Shown here piece after piece: positions 18,071 to 27,786 of a DNA stretch of 58,188 bases. Below the pieces are notes generated by a model. That model ran no database searches, was not told where the DNA came from, and saw only the letters and a list, made by a program, of their open reading frames with translations. Where the stretch lies: positions 1-58,188 of the forward strand of contig JBDKTL010000046.1 in NCBI GenBank assembly GCA_039698055.1, given 5' to 3'. Made by a program: the position numbers and the translations under genes. Position 1 is the stretch's first letter, and each line of letters opens with the position of its first letter. Origin of the DNA: Methanoregula sp. (lineage in GTDB: Archaea > Halobacteriota > Methanomicrobia > Methanomicrobiales > Methanospirillaceae).

Positions 18071-19551
18071 TAAAACCTCAGCTCCGTCACAATCTGGTTA
18101 AGAAATGCAGTTCCCCCTGCCGGGAAAAATATTCCGATGATAAGAATTAGCGCAAGCAGTGCAACAATCGGGAGTTTCATACTCAGGGGCGTTTTATAGG
18201 GGGGTAATTCCTGTTGTTGCCGGGAAGAGGTCTGCTTACCAAATGCCGTGATCACAAAGTACCCGATTGCTGCTGCCGCGATGAAGAGGAGGAAAAGGAC
18301 AAGTGCAAGCACGACAAGCGATTCCGTGCCAAGCGAGAGCAGGATAAAGAATTTTGAATAGAAGACCGGGAAGGGCGGCATGCCGATGATCGCAAGACCG
18401 CCGATAATAATACCCCATGCAGCAAATGGCTGGAACCGGAACACGTCTCGTATGTCATCGATCGCCTCGCCAAACAGGTGGCTCTTGTACTGCCGGTGCA
18501 GGATACCTGCCGACAGGAAGAGGGAGGCTTTGGTGAATGCATGCGCCATCACGTGGAACAATACCCAGAAGAGCGCAAACGGTGTGGCAACGGCAAGTCC
18601 GATAAGGATGATGCCCATATTCTCGATGCTTGAAAATGCGATCAGTTTTTTTAAGTTCTTTTCTGCAAGCATGGAGAAGACTGCTATCGCTATTGTGAAA
18701 ATGCCAAAGAGCCCCAGCATTGCCGCGATGGTCGGGAGTGCTGCGGTCTGGTGCGCGAGGGCATAAACCCTGATGATCCCGTAGATACCGACATTGAGCA
18801 GCACACCGGAAAGAAGGGCGCTGACCGCTGACGGGGCTTTTGCATGCGCCTCGGGGAGCCAGGTATGGAACGGGAAGATGCCGGACTTTGCGGCAAACCC
18901 GATAAAGACCAGCGCACAGGCAGCAGTCATCATGCCGGCGGGAAATGTGGCCGCATGTTCCATGAGCACCGTCCAGTTCAGGGTACCGGTACCAAGCGTT
19001 GACCGTGAGACCTCAAAGAGAAAGATCAGCCCGACAAAGGAGAAGAGCATCGCCGCAGATGCAATGAAGATGTATTTGATCGCCGCATCGATGTTCTCCC
19101 GTGCGGAGAGGATTGCAACAAGCATTGCGGAGATGATCGTGGTCATCTCGGCAAATATCCAGAACAGGGCGAGGTTATCCGAGAAGAATGCAAGGATTAT
19201 CACCAGCTGGAGCAGGCACCATGCGCCGTAGAATAACCTGATGCTTCCTTTCTCCAGTTCCCCGCTCGAGAGCAGGTTCTCGACATATCCGCCGGCATAG
19301 ATGGCAGCGCAGGTAAAAATTATGGTGGTGATAATGACTTCATACAGCCCGAGATGGTCGATGAAGAAAAATCCGCTGCCGACAAGAAATGCATTGACCG
19401 GCACCTGCTGCCAGAGCAGAATCGAGAAGGAAATTCCTGCATAGATCACAGCCTGTGCAATACTGACCATGTTCATCTGCCGGTGCGTGCGGCAAAGCCC
19501 GATGAGGACGAGGGCAAGGATCGCAACAAGCGTAAATGCAACCAGTATCAT
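18070..19551 (-). CDS. hyfF: HyfF-like antiporter-type membrane subunit
   Basis: LFWIFAEMTT, AAIKY, KSGIFPFHTWLPEAH, AFSSIEN, HAFTK, FYSKF. Confidence 0.88.
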   Translation of the reverse strand: MILVAFTLVAILALVLIGLCRTHRQMNMVSIAQAVIYAGISFSILLWQQVPVNAFLVGSGFFFIDHLGLYEVIITTIIFTCAAIYAGGYVENLLSSGELEKGSIRLFYGAWCLLQLVIILAFFSDNLALFWIFAEMTTIISAMLVAILSARENIDAAIKYIFIASAAMLFSFVGLIFLFEVSRSTLGTGTLNWTVLMEHAATFPAGMMTAACALVFIGFAAKSGIFPFHTWLPEAHAKAPSAVSALLSGVLLNVGIYGIIRVYALAHQTAALPTIAAMLGLFGIFTIAIAVFSMLAEKNLKKLIAFSSIENMGIILIGLAVATPFALFWVLFHVMAHAFTKASLFLSAGILHRQYKSHLFGEAIDDIRDVFRFQPFAAWGIIIGGLAIIGMPPFPVFYSKFFILLSLGTESLVVLALVLFLLFIAAAAIGYFVITAFGKQTSSRQQQELPPYKTPLSMKLPIVALLALILIIGIFFPAGGTAFLNQIVTELRF

Positions 19552-20240
19552 GGCAAATCTCCCTTTTCTTCCCAGAGGTAGAACCGGTGGAGCCGGTTAT
19601 GGTATTCCTCAAGCGTCGAATCGATACCCACCGTAAGGATGGTTGTCAGGAGCACGAGGATGATAAGATCGATGACAATCAGAAATTCAATGATGAACGG
19701 CAGTTCCGTAGCAAAAAGCCCAAAGAGCAGGACGCCGTTTTCCATGGAAAGGTAGCCGAGCACCTTTGTCAGGGCTTTTTTGCGGCTGAAGGTAACCATC
19801 ATCCCCATCAGCATGAGGGAAATGCCGATAACCGCACCAAAGAAAAAGAGGTTGCTCCTGACCGGTATCTCCACAAGGATGCGGGACAGTGCGATATAGA
19901 TCACAAGCATCAGGCCAAGCGAGATAAAGAGCGAACTCGTGGGGCTCAGGAAATGGAATTCGATATCCCGTTTGATCCGGATTTTCTCCTGAATAGTCGC
20001 GATAAAGTACGGGATGATGAGCACTTTTGAGATGAACGTGACAAGGGCAATGCCAAACAGTACCGCTGATCCCTCCATCCCGTAGAGTGCAAGCGCGATC
20101 CCCACGAGCGCAAGCGACTGGAGCGCATACACCCGTATAAGGGAGATAAGATTGCGGGTCGTGATGATATACGCGGCGGTGATAATGACAGCGACGAACA
20201 GGATCCTGATCACCGATTCAAGAATGAGTGTGCTGGTCAT
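19548..20240 (-). CDS. hyfE: HyfE-like membrane subunit
   Basis: YALQS, K..IIP, GYLSMENG motifs; position in the operon. Confidence 0.85.
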   Translation of the reverse strand: MTSTLILESVIRILFVAVIITAAYIITTRNLISLIRVYALQSLALVGIALALYGMEGSAVLFGIALVTFISKVLIIPYFIATIQEKIRIKRDIEFHFLSPTSSLFISLGLMLVIYIALSRILVEIPVRSNLFFFGAVIGISLMLMGMMVTFSRKKALTKVLGYLSMENGVLLFGLFATELPFIIEFLIVIDLIILVLLTTILTVGIDSTLEEYHNRLHRFYLWEEKGDLP

Positions 20241-21178
20241 GCAAACACCTCGATGATAATCACGAGCGTGGAAAAGAAAAATGCCATAATGAACAAACCG
20301 GGGAGGCGGAAGAACCGCATCTTTGCCATCGACGATTCAAAGAGCCCGGTAATACCTGCAAGGATGGCACCTTTGACGGCAAAAAGGCAAAATGCGAGTG
20401 CGAGTGCGGCAAGCGAAAGACTGGTGGCAAGTCCCCACGGAATAATGAGGTTGATTATCAGTGCCATAATGAGCGTCTGTTTGATCGCCGCTGACAGTTC
20501 CATGAGCGCGAGGTTCCGGCCGGATTGCTCGAGAAGCATTCCCTCATGGATCATCGTCAGTTCAAGGTGAGTCTCCGGGTTGTCCACCGGCAGCCGGGAC
20601 GTTTCAACGATCAGGATGATAAATAATGAGATCCCGATCAGGATCAGGGTTGGCGATACGGGAGTCCCGGATGCAGAAGAGACCAGCACCATGTCAAAAA
20701 TGTTGAGCGATTTGAAGACAAACGCCAGTGCTGCAAAGACGATAATTGTGGTGGGTTCGATAATTGCCGATATGCTCATCTCGCGGGAACTGCCCATGCC
20801 GCCAAACGAACTACCTGCATCCAGCCCGGCAAGCGCCATGAAAAACCGGGCGAGCACGAGCAGGTACAGGAACAGGATGATATTCCCGATTCCGCCAACC
20901 GGGTCCGTTACGTAGATCAGCGGTACAAAAAGCGACGCCGTGAGGAGCGCCGCGATATTTACGTAGGGCGTCACCCGCATGATCCACGAAGCGTTCCGCG
21001 AATAGATCACTTCCTTGCTGAACAGTTTTGCAATCGTATAGTACGTCTGGAAGACTGAAGGCCCCTGCCTTCCCTGGGTCCACGCCTTCACTTTTTTAAT
21101 CAGGCTGACAAAGAGCGGGGAAATTGCGATTACTGCAAGGGTATTGAGCACGCAGTACAGGACAAAATCCAGTATCAT
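20237..21178 (-). CDS. HyfC/HycD (NuoH-like) membrane subunit
   Basis: QGRQGP...Q.Y..I.KL, FGGMGSSRE, R.PVDNPETHLELTMIHE. Confidence 0.92.
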   Translation of the reverse strand: MILDFVLYCVLNTLAVIAISPLFVSLIKKVKAWTQGRQGPSVFQTYYTIAKLFSKEVIYSRNASWIMRVTPYVNIAALLTASLFVPLIYVTDPVGGIGNIILFLYLLVLARFFMALAGLDAGSSFGGMGSSREMSISAIIEPTTIIVFAALAFVFKSLNIFDMVLVSSASGTPVSPTLILIGISLFIILIVETSRLPVDNPETHLELTMIHEGMLLEQSGRNLALMELSAAIKQTLIMALIINLIIPWGLATSLSLAALALAFCLFAVKGAILAGITGLFESSMAKMRFFRLPGLFIMAFFFSTLVIIIEVFA

Positions 21179-23118
21179 GCACAGACCCCCAGGAACAGGA
21201 TGATCGCGACAACGGTGACAAAGACGTACAGGATGTAGGTGTCCAGGCACCCGTTCTGAACCCGTGCAATGGCAGCGGCGGCGCGGGTGGATGCCCCTGC
21301 GATGGGGAAGTACAGGTATTCTTCAAAGAATTTGATTAACCGGATATCGGCAGTACCCTCTTTGAGGAGGCAGTTGTGGGCATCGTAATATGTCATGTGG
21401 CTGGTCTTTTTTGGCCGGTATATTGCAGAAAAGAACGTGACAACCGGCTCGGAGAACCCGTGCCCGGTATATTCGGTGGATGATGGCAGCGATTTGATGC
21501 CGCATCCCCATGTTTCACCGATCCGGACGTCGCGGGAGGCAGTGAAATAGAGTACCGTGTACGCAAGGGCGCCCATGAACAGGAGCAGGATGCTCACAAG
21601 GAACATATCCGGGATGGGAAGGGTATACCCTGCAAAGGTGAGGATCTGGAATGCGCCAATACCAAGCACGATACATGCTCCGGCAAGGATCGCAGGCCCG
21701 GCAATCATGGCCCGGTTCACTTCTTTTGCCTCAGAACTTTCACGGGAACGGGGCTGTGCAAGGAATATGGAGCCAAACGCCTTGACAAAGCAGGCAGCGG
21801 AGAGTGCGCTTGTCAGGGCAAAGAGCGCAAGGCAGATGAAGAGGAGCACTTTGACGAGCGGGTCAACAACGGCGACCGACTGGAAGAACGCAATAAAGAT
21901 CAGGATCTCGCTTGCAAACCCGTTCAGTGGCGGCAGGGCTGCAATCGATATTGCACCAACAAAAAATAATGCCGAGGTACAGGGCATGCGGTGTGCGAGT
22001 CCACCCATTTTCTCGATGTCCCGTGTATGCGTGGCATGCACGACCGATCCTGCGGTGAGGAAGAGCAGGCTTTTGAAGAGTGCATGATTGAGCGAGTGGA
22101 AGAGTGCGCCAAGCAGGCTGATCGTGGCAAGAAGCGGCAGGCCAAGCGCGACGAAAATGACATACAGCCCGATGCCGACAAAGATGATGCCGATATTCTC
22201 GATGCTTGAGTATGCGAGCATTCCTTTCACATCATGCTCTTTTAATGCGTACATGATGCCGAGAACTGCCGATGCGGTACCGGCAATGAGGATAAGTACT
22301 CCCCATCCAAGATCGAGAGTGAACACTGAAAGAATAAACCGGACAAGGCCGTACACGGCTACTTTCAGCATCACACCGGACATGAGCGCCGAAACCGGGG
22401 ACGGGCTAGCGGGGTGGGCATAGGGCAGCCATTTATGAAACGGGATAATACCGGCTTTGATGGCAAAGCCGATAAAAAGTGAAAGAAATGCAACCGTGAT
22501 GAGGGCCGTGTCTGCCGAATGCACAGCGGCGATAGCAAAAGAACCGGACGCTGCATAAAGTGCAATAAACCCCAGCATCACAAAAAGCGTCGAAAGATGG
22601 GTCATCACAAAATAAAAGATCCCGGCATTTTTTGTATCCGGTCCGGCATACTCATACATGACAAGGAAGAACGAACTGGCGGCCATCAGTTCCCAGAACA
22701 GCAAAAATGAGACCGTGTTTGCCGAGGCAACGACCAGTGCCATTGCCAGCACAAAGAGATTGGTACAGCCGCAGAGCAGGTTGCGCCGTCCCCCGCCGTC
22801 CATGTGTTCGGTGTATCCTGTTGAGTAAAGTGCGACGCACGCAGCAACCACACCAATGATGAGAAGGAAAAATGCCGCGAGCCGGTCAAAGAAAAAACTC
22901 ACCGGAAATGCGCCAAACGGCTGGTATACCGTGAAGGCTGTTGGAATACCGGTGACGAGAATGACAAGGGAGAGCCCGGCAAGGATCGTGGATGCAATGA
23001 TGGTGCAAGCCAGGGAGATGGTGCGGATGAACCGGCGATCCTGCATCGCACCGGCAAATGGCACGAACATCCCGATAAGGTAAATCAGAACCGCGAGAGT
23101 AAACGCCAGCTGGATCAT
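21175..23118 (-). CDS. hyfB: HyfB/HycC-like antiporter-type membrane subunit
   Basis: FWELM, KAGIIPFHKWLPYAHP, MLKVA, AYSSIENIG, NHALFK, PPLNGFASE, TWGCG; SD AGGTGG before the ATG at 23118. Confidence 0.9.
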   Translation of the reverse strand: MIQLAFTLAVLIYLIGMFVPFAGAMQDRRFIRTISLACTIIASTILAGLSLVILVTGIPTAFTVYQPFGAFPVSFFFDRLAAFFLLIIGVVAACVALYSTGYTEHMDGGGRRNLLCGCTNLFVLAMALVVASANTVSFLLFWELMAASSFFLVMYEYAGPDTKNAGIFYFVMTHLSTLFVMLGFIALYAASGSFAIAAVHSADTALITVAFLSLFIGFAIKAGIIPFHKWLPYAHPASPSPVSALMSGVMLKVAVYGLVRFILSVFTLDLGWGVLILIAGTASAVLGIMYALKEHDVKGMLAYSSIENIGIIFVGIGLYVIFVALGLPLLATISLLGALFHSLNHALFKSLLFLTAGSVVHATHTRDIEKMGGLAHRMPCTSALFFVGAISIAALPPLNGFASEILIFIAFFQSVAVVDPLVKVLLFICLALFALTSALSAACFVKAFGSIFLAQPRSRESSEAKEVNRAMIAGPAILAGACIVLGIGAFQILTFAGYTLPIPDMFLVSILLLFMGALAYTVLYFTASRDVRIGETWGCGIKSLPSSTEYTGHGFSEPVVTFFSAIYRPKKTSHMTYYDAHNCLLKEGTADIRLIKFFEEYLYFPIAGASTRAAAAIARVQNGCLDTYILYVFVTVVAIILFLGVCA

Positions 23119-23218
23119 CAGCGCCACCTGATGTTTTGCCGGACCGGGACCCGGCACATTCGCAGCGAACCGTTGCGGTCAGGGACGAGATAGCCTTTGG
23201 GATATCCCGCGGGTGTCT

Positions 23219-23881
23219 TCATTCTGCACCTGCCATTTCCGTGAAGGATCCCATACGGACTGCTGAAGGTTCACGCTTCATGGGGCAGACATCGATTCCC
23301 CTGAGATCGCCAAGACAGAAACTGAACCGGTCCCGGATGGTTTTTGGAAGGTCCGGTTCCGGGATCGGGAAAAACCCCATGCCGCCGTAAAACTCCATCA
23401 GTTCTATCTTGGCATGCATGTAGAGGGTTTCTTCTCTCCCGCATTCTTCGATCAACTGTTCCATGACCGAGCGGGCAAAACCCCGGCGGCGATACTCGTC
23501 AAGGACGTACACCCCGTCAACTTCGAGCCCGTCCGGGTGGCGGGAGCACCGGGCAACACCGACAAGGCGTGTTCCGGCAAATGCGGCAAAAAGCCGGTCG
23601 GTTGCCAGGTCGGCCTTCTGCTGGTGGTAATGCACCCAGAGTTCGTTTTCCGCACGCACCATCTCGTTCGCAGAGAGCTCCCGTACAATGACAGAACCCG
23701 TAACGGGGATCGTGACAGATGTGTTGACCGGGAAAAGAACTCTTTTTTGGATGAGGTTGAACAAATGCGGGCGGAACGTGACAAAACTTCCGCTCTCTTC
23801 ACCCGCAAGCGTATATAATGTAAGGAGTGTAGTATCTTCGCTGAACTGGTCCGGATCAGCGCTAGAGGATATGGCTGGTAT
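23219..23881 (-). CDS. GNAT-family acetyltransferase
   Basis: VYVLDEYRRRGFA acetyl-CoA motif, FYGGMGF. ORF track starts at TTG 23764; the frame is open to an ATA at 23881 behind AGGAGG. Confidence 0.85.
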   Translation of the reverse strand: MPAISSSADPDQFSEDTTLLTLYTLAGEESGSFVTFRPHLFNLIQKRVLFPVNTSVTIPVTGSVIVRELSANEMVRAENELWVHYHQQKADLATDRLFAAFAGTRLVGVARCSRHPDGLEVDGVYVLDEYRRRGFARSVMEQLIEECGREETLYMHAKIELMEFYGGMGFFPIPEPDLPKTIRDRFSFCLGDLRGIDVCPMKREPSAVRMGSFTEMAGAE

Positions 23882-24002
23882 AACCCGCCTCCTGTATTCT
23901 GGTAGATACGTGTATCATGGCAAACCCGGACTATAGTCCCAAAGGTAATCACAAGCAATTTAGTCTGGAGCTATTACTTTTTTTCCAGTATAAATCCCGA
24001 TG

Positions 24003-24022
24003 GTGATTTTGGACAAAATCAC
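24003..24022. promoter_or_regulatory. Palindromic candidate operator in the divergent GNAT/Ehr - carbonic anhydrase region
   Basis: GTGATTTTG-GA-CAAAATCAC, perfect 9-bp arms. Confidence 0.45.
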
Positions 24023-24332
24023 TCACGGCATAAACAATTTTTTGGTTTGTCTGTGGTTGTTCACGTTTATCACAGGATAATGAATGAAAATTTTACAATA
24101 TTTTTACAAACCGGGGCTGTTTATCTAAAATACTCATATATGCGCGGTTTGCAGCATTTTTTTGTTGGAATGAAAATAATCAACAATTTGGGGTCGGATG
24201 ATAAATCCAGCCGATATTTATCGCCAGACTATCCAGCGGAAGAAATACGAATATTTATTATATTTCCTGCACGACGAAAACCTGTGGTGTACTGGAAAAC
24301 GATGACCATGTTGCCAACGGAAATGATGCATA

Positions 24333-24914
24333 ATGATTGACAACCTGCTCTTAGGAAATTACAAATTCAGGGAGACCGATTTCAGCCCGAATATTGACTA
24401 TTACCGCGAACTGGCACACAGCCAGCATCCGTCGGTTCTCTGGATTGGGTGCTCGGACTCACGTTTGCAGACCGGACATATCACGCAGGCCAGAGCGGGG
24501 GAACTTTTTATCCAGCGCAATATCGGCAACATCGTGCCGATCCACGACTGGAACTTTGCAACTGTGCTTGAATACGCGCTTATGCACCTCCATGTAAGCG
24601 ATATCGTAATCTGCGGGCATTCAAACTGCGGGGCGATACGGGCACTGGATAATGAGAGCACGGATTCCTATATCCCCCTCTGGCTGAATAATGCCCGGGA
24701 AGCACAGGTCCGGGTGGATAAAACGATTGCCCCGCCAACGACCGTGCTTGAAAAAGAAGAACGCTACTATCTGATAGAGCAGGAAAATGTCCGGCTCCAG
24801 ATCGAGCACCTGCATACCTACCCGATCCTGAAAAAGGCGGTGGATGATAAAAAAGTCGAGGTTCACGGTCTGTATTATGATCTCGGCACCGGTGCCCTGA
24901 CGCGGGTGACCTGA
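24333..24914 (+). CDS. Beta-class carbonic anhydrase
   Basis: GCSDSR, GELF..RNIGN, CGHSNCGA zinc ligands, HGLYYDL.TG. Confidence 0.95.
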   Translation: MIDNLLLGNYKFRETDFSPNIDYYRELAHSQHPSVLWIGCSDSRLQTGHITQARAGELFIQRNIGNIVPIHDWNFATVLEYALMHLHVSDIVICGHSNCGAIRALDNESTDSYIPLWLNNAREAQVRVDKTIAPPTTVLEKEERYYLIEQENVRLQIEHLHTYPILKKAVDDKKVEVHGLYYDLGTGALTRVT

Positions 24915-24915
24915 A

Positions 24916-25254
24916 TCATAAACAGGCATCAATCTCTTTTTTAATCCGGTCAAGTGAAATTCTGCCGATGCGGGTGAGTTTGTTGTTTACCAGCACCATC
25001 GGAATGGGGGGGAGTTCCGTTTCAAGAATCGTGCGGATATGATCCGGGACTTCAGTATCGATCAGCGTCAGTTTTACGTCCACGTTCTTTCCATATATCC
25101 CTTCAAGTGTGTTTTTGAGAGCGGCATATGCCCTGGTAAGATCTCCTGACGGGTGGCATTCCGAAAGCCCGCAGGTGCGGTCAGCGTCACAGGGAAACGG
25201 TGAACATTCAGAGTTTTTCAGGCCGATTATTTCGACAAGTACCGGGCCGGTCAT
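24916..25254 (-). CDS. Hypothetical Cys-rich, probably thioredoxin-fold protein
   Basis: ECSPFPCDADRTCGLSEC cluster plus PIPMVLVNNKL..GRI cis-Pro-like motif. Confidence 0.6.
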   Translation of the reverse strand: MTGPVLVEIIGLKNSECSPFPCDADRTCGLSECHPSGDLTRAYAALKNTLEGIYGKNVDVKLTLIDTEVPDHIRTILETELPPIPMVLVNNKLTRIGRISLDRIKKEIDACL

Positions 25255-25764
25255 GCCAGGTACGTTGGTTCTGGCAATATTTGAGTATTCGGGAAGTTGC
25301 AGGGGGGATAATGGAGCAGGCGATGAAAAACGGTAGAGTCCTGATGCGGTTTTATCACCGGCACGAGGAAATTTTTTAAGATGTTGCAATACGTTTTTTT
25401 CCTAAAAGTTTTTTTGGTTCTTTTTCATTTAAAAGGGGCACACTGCCCCTCGTACCTCCGGTTGAGATGGCCCCCACTCCTGAGTCGGTTTATAAAGATG
25501 CTCATTCATCAAGGAAAAATTATTCAATTTTGTTGAGTGTGAAAAACGATCCTGCCCAAAGAAGTGCCGACATTGCGATAGAGCGACATCTTCGGGTAGG
25601 GGATGGATCGTAAATGATTCAGACAAGTATTCACACAAAATAAACCGACAACGAAACAATCATTTCATCATGCTTTTTTTCAGAATTAAAAATTATTTTC
25701 ACACCATCTTTTAGGGGCATACTCGTGTGCTCACTGAACACAGCAACAAAAAGGATAAAAAAAA

Positions 25765-26280
25765 TCAGATAAACCGTTCGAACCGGTCTTTGGTCACTTT
25801 GCAGATCGGGCAGATGCCGGGTGGTTCCAAGCGTGCACAGAGATATCCGCAGACGGTACAACGCCAGACGGGTAACGGAAATACCGGGCTGGTTGTTGCA
25901 CTGACCGTGTGTATGGCTTTTGTAATGCCCCGCTCTGATCGGGGAGGGCGACGTTCCGGAACCGGCCCGGCCTTTTCGTTTCCGGTTGAAATCGCCGCAT
26001 TGACATAGAGCGCACAGTAGCAGGCATTGAACTCCTCAACATCATCGTCCCGGTACCGGCACGGGCAGATAATGTCGAGGTCCTCTGCTTTTTTCCCTGA
26101 CGCCAGCCGGCAGGGGCATGCCTGGTACCCGTAACGCCGCTCGTTTTTTATCAGGCCCCGGATAAGTGACCGGACAAAATCGGTATCCGGGTTCAGGAAA
26201 TATCCGTGCTCATCGCAATCCGCCTTGAGCGTGCGGTATAACCGGTCGATGTCCGGTTCTGAAACTTCAATAAAACTCAT
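25765..26280 (-). CDS. Ferredoxin:disulfide reductase (FTR catalytic domain + rubredoxin-like domain)
   Basis: CPCR...CPC...CYCALY; C-terminal WRCTVCGY...CPIC. Confidence 0.93.
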   Translation of the reverse strand: MSFIEVSEPDIDRLYRTLKADCDEHGYFLNPDTDFVRSLIRGLIKNERRYGYQACPCRLASGKKAEDLDIICPCRYRDDDVEEFNACYCALYVNAAISTGNEKAGPVPERRPPRSERGITKAIHTVSATTSPVFPLPVWRCTVCGYLCARLEPPGICPICKVTKDRFERFI

Positions 26281-26558
26281 GCACCAAACGCCTTCCGGAT
26301 TTCTTCTTCACGGAACCCGATAATGCTGGATTTGTTATTGATCACAAGAGTCGGAAACGAACCCTGCGGATTCCATTTCTCAAGTTCGTCCATCACGGCG
26401 TTCTGTTCATTACTTTCCAGAAGATCTACGTACTGGTAACTGAATGCAATCCCCAGTTCCGTTAACAGTTCTTTTGTTTTTTTGCACCACTGGCAAGTGG
26501 ATAGTGCGTACAGCATCACCTGGCCGTGATCCTTTCCCGTTACCTGTTCGATAGCCAT
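26277..26558 (-). CDS. Methanoredoxin / glutaredoxin-like protein
   Basis: LYALSTCQWCKKTK, NPQGSFPT..IN, GF.E.EIR; overlaps the FDR gene. Confidence 0.9.
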   Translation of the reverse strand: MAIEQVTGKDHGQVMLYALSTCQWCKKTKELLTELGIAFSYQYVDLLESNEQNAVMDELEKWNPQGSFPTLVINNKSSIIGFREEEIRKAFGA

Positions 26559-26730
26559 AGAGTAACTCCGTTTCCCGTATCAGAGAGATTGACGTAAGAT
26601 AGTATATAAAAATGGGTATTCGATACTAATCGCGTTTCTTTCAGGCCCGTTCTGGCATGACGGTATTATCCGGACTGGTGTACCTGACATTATCGTTAAT
26701 AACTCATCAGGCACATAGGATATGGAAATT

Positions 26731-27786
26731 ATGAAGGCTGTTCTGGGTCTGGAGGATGGTGAATTTGTTGTCGGGGATGGATTTGGCGTTGAAGGAGAAC
26801 GGGCCGGAGAGCTCGTGTTCAATACCCAGATGACAGGATACATGGAATCCTTGACTGATCCCAGTTATTTTGGCCAGATCCTGATGTTCACATTCCCCCT
26901 TATCGGGAACTATGGTGTCGATAAACAAAATTTCCAGAATCCTAAAGTCTGTGCACTTGGCTGCATCGCAAAAGAGATTTGCGAAAAACCTGCTGCCCTG
27001 CCATCAATCCGAGCCTTTTTTGAAGAACAGGGTTTGCAGGGCATGCAGGGCGTCGACACCCGGGCACTGACTATCCGCACCCGGGTTCACGGGACAATGC
27101 GTGCGGCGCTTGTTGTCGGCAGTGATGATGGCGAGTATGCGGTCAGCCTTGCACGAAGAACCCCGACTATCTGCGATATTTCCCCGATACCGGAAGTATC
27201 CTGCAAAGAACCATACCATATACCGGGCAGCGGAAAGCGCATCGCTATTATCGATCTCGGTGTAAAGAAAAATATTCTCATAAGCCTTTCCAAACGCAAG
27301 GGCGATTTGTACGTGTTCCCTCATGATGCTGATTCGGATCAGGTTATTGCCTGCAAACCCGATGCCCTGTTTATCACGAACGGGCCCGGCGATCCCAAAC
27401 AGGCGCATCAGGCCATCAAGTGCATCCAGGACCTGCTCGGGCAGCTGCCTGTTTTTGGCATCTGTATGGGTAACCAGTTATCAGCGCTGGCACTTGGTGC
27501 GGATACGTATAAAATGAAATTTGGCCACCGTGGAGCCAACCAGCCGGTCCGCCATGTGGACGGGTGTATTTTTATCACAACGCAGAATCACGGGTTTGCG
27601 GTTGATGGTGACACGCTTCCTGAAGGGTGTACTATTACCTACGAAAATGTGAACGACGGGACCGTTGAAGGATTTGAGAACAAAGAACTGAATCTGACGA
27701 CCGTCCAGTTCCATCCCGAGGCGCATGGCGGCCCGCGGGATACGGAATCCCATTTCTTTGATTCGCTGTTCCGGAGGATTGCCTGA
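26731..27786 (+). CDS. carA: Carbamoyl-phosphate synthase small subunit
   Basis: GELVFNT.MTGY.E.LTDPSY, NGPGDP, GICMG, QNHG, QFHPE. Confidence 0.98.
   Translation: MKAVLGLEDGEFVVGDGFGVEGERAGELVFNTQMTGYMESLTDPSYFGQILMFTFPLIGNYGVDKQNFQNPKVCALGCIAKEICEKPAALPSIRAFFEEQGLQGMQGVDTRALTIRTRVHGTMRAALVVGSDDGEYAVSLARRTPTICDISPIPEVSCKEPYHIPGSGKRIAIIDLGVKKNILISLSKRKGDLYVFPHDADSDQVIACKPDALFITNGPGDPKQAHQAIKCIQDLLGQLPVFGICMGNQLSALALGADTYKMKFGHRGANQPVRHVDGCIFITTQNHGFAVDGDTLPEGCTITYENVNDGTVEGFENKELNLTTVQFHPEAHGGPRDTESHFFDSLFRRIA

Noticed and set aside
25455-25515. Fluoride riboswitch-like GAGATGG start
   Set aside because: The downstream CTGATG/pseudoknot consensus and an appropriately placed gene are lacking.
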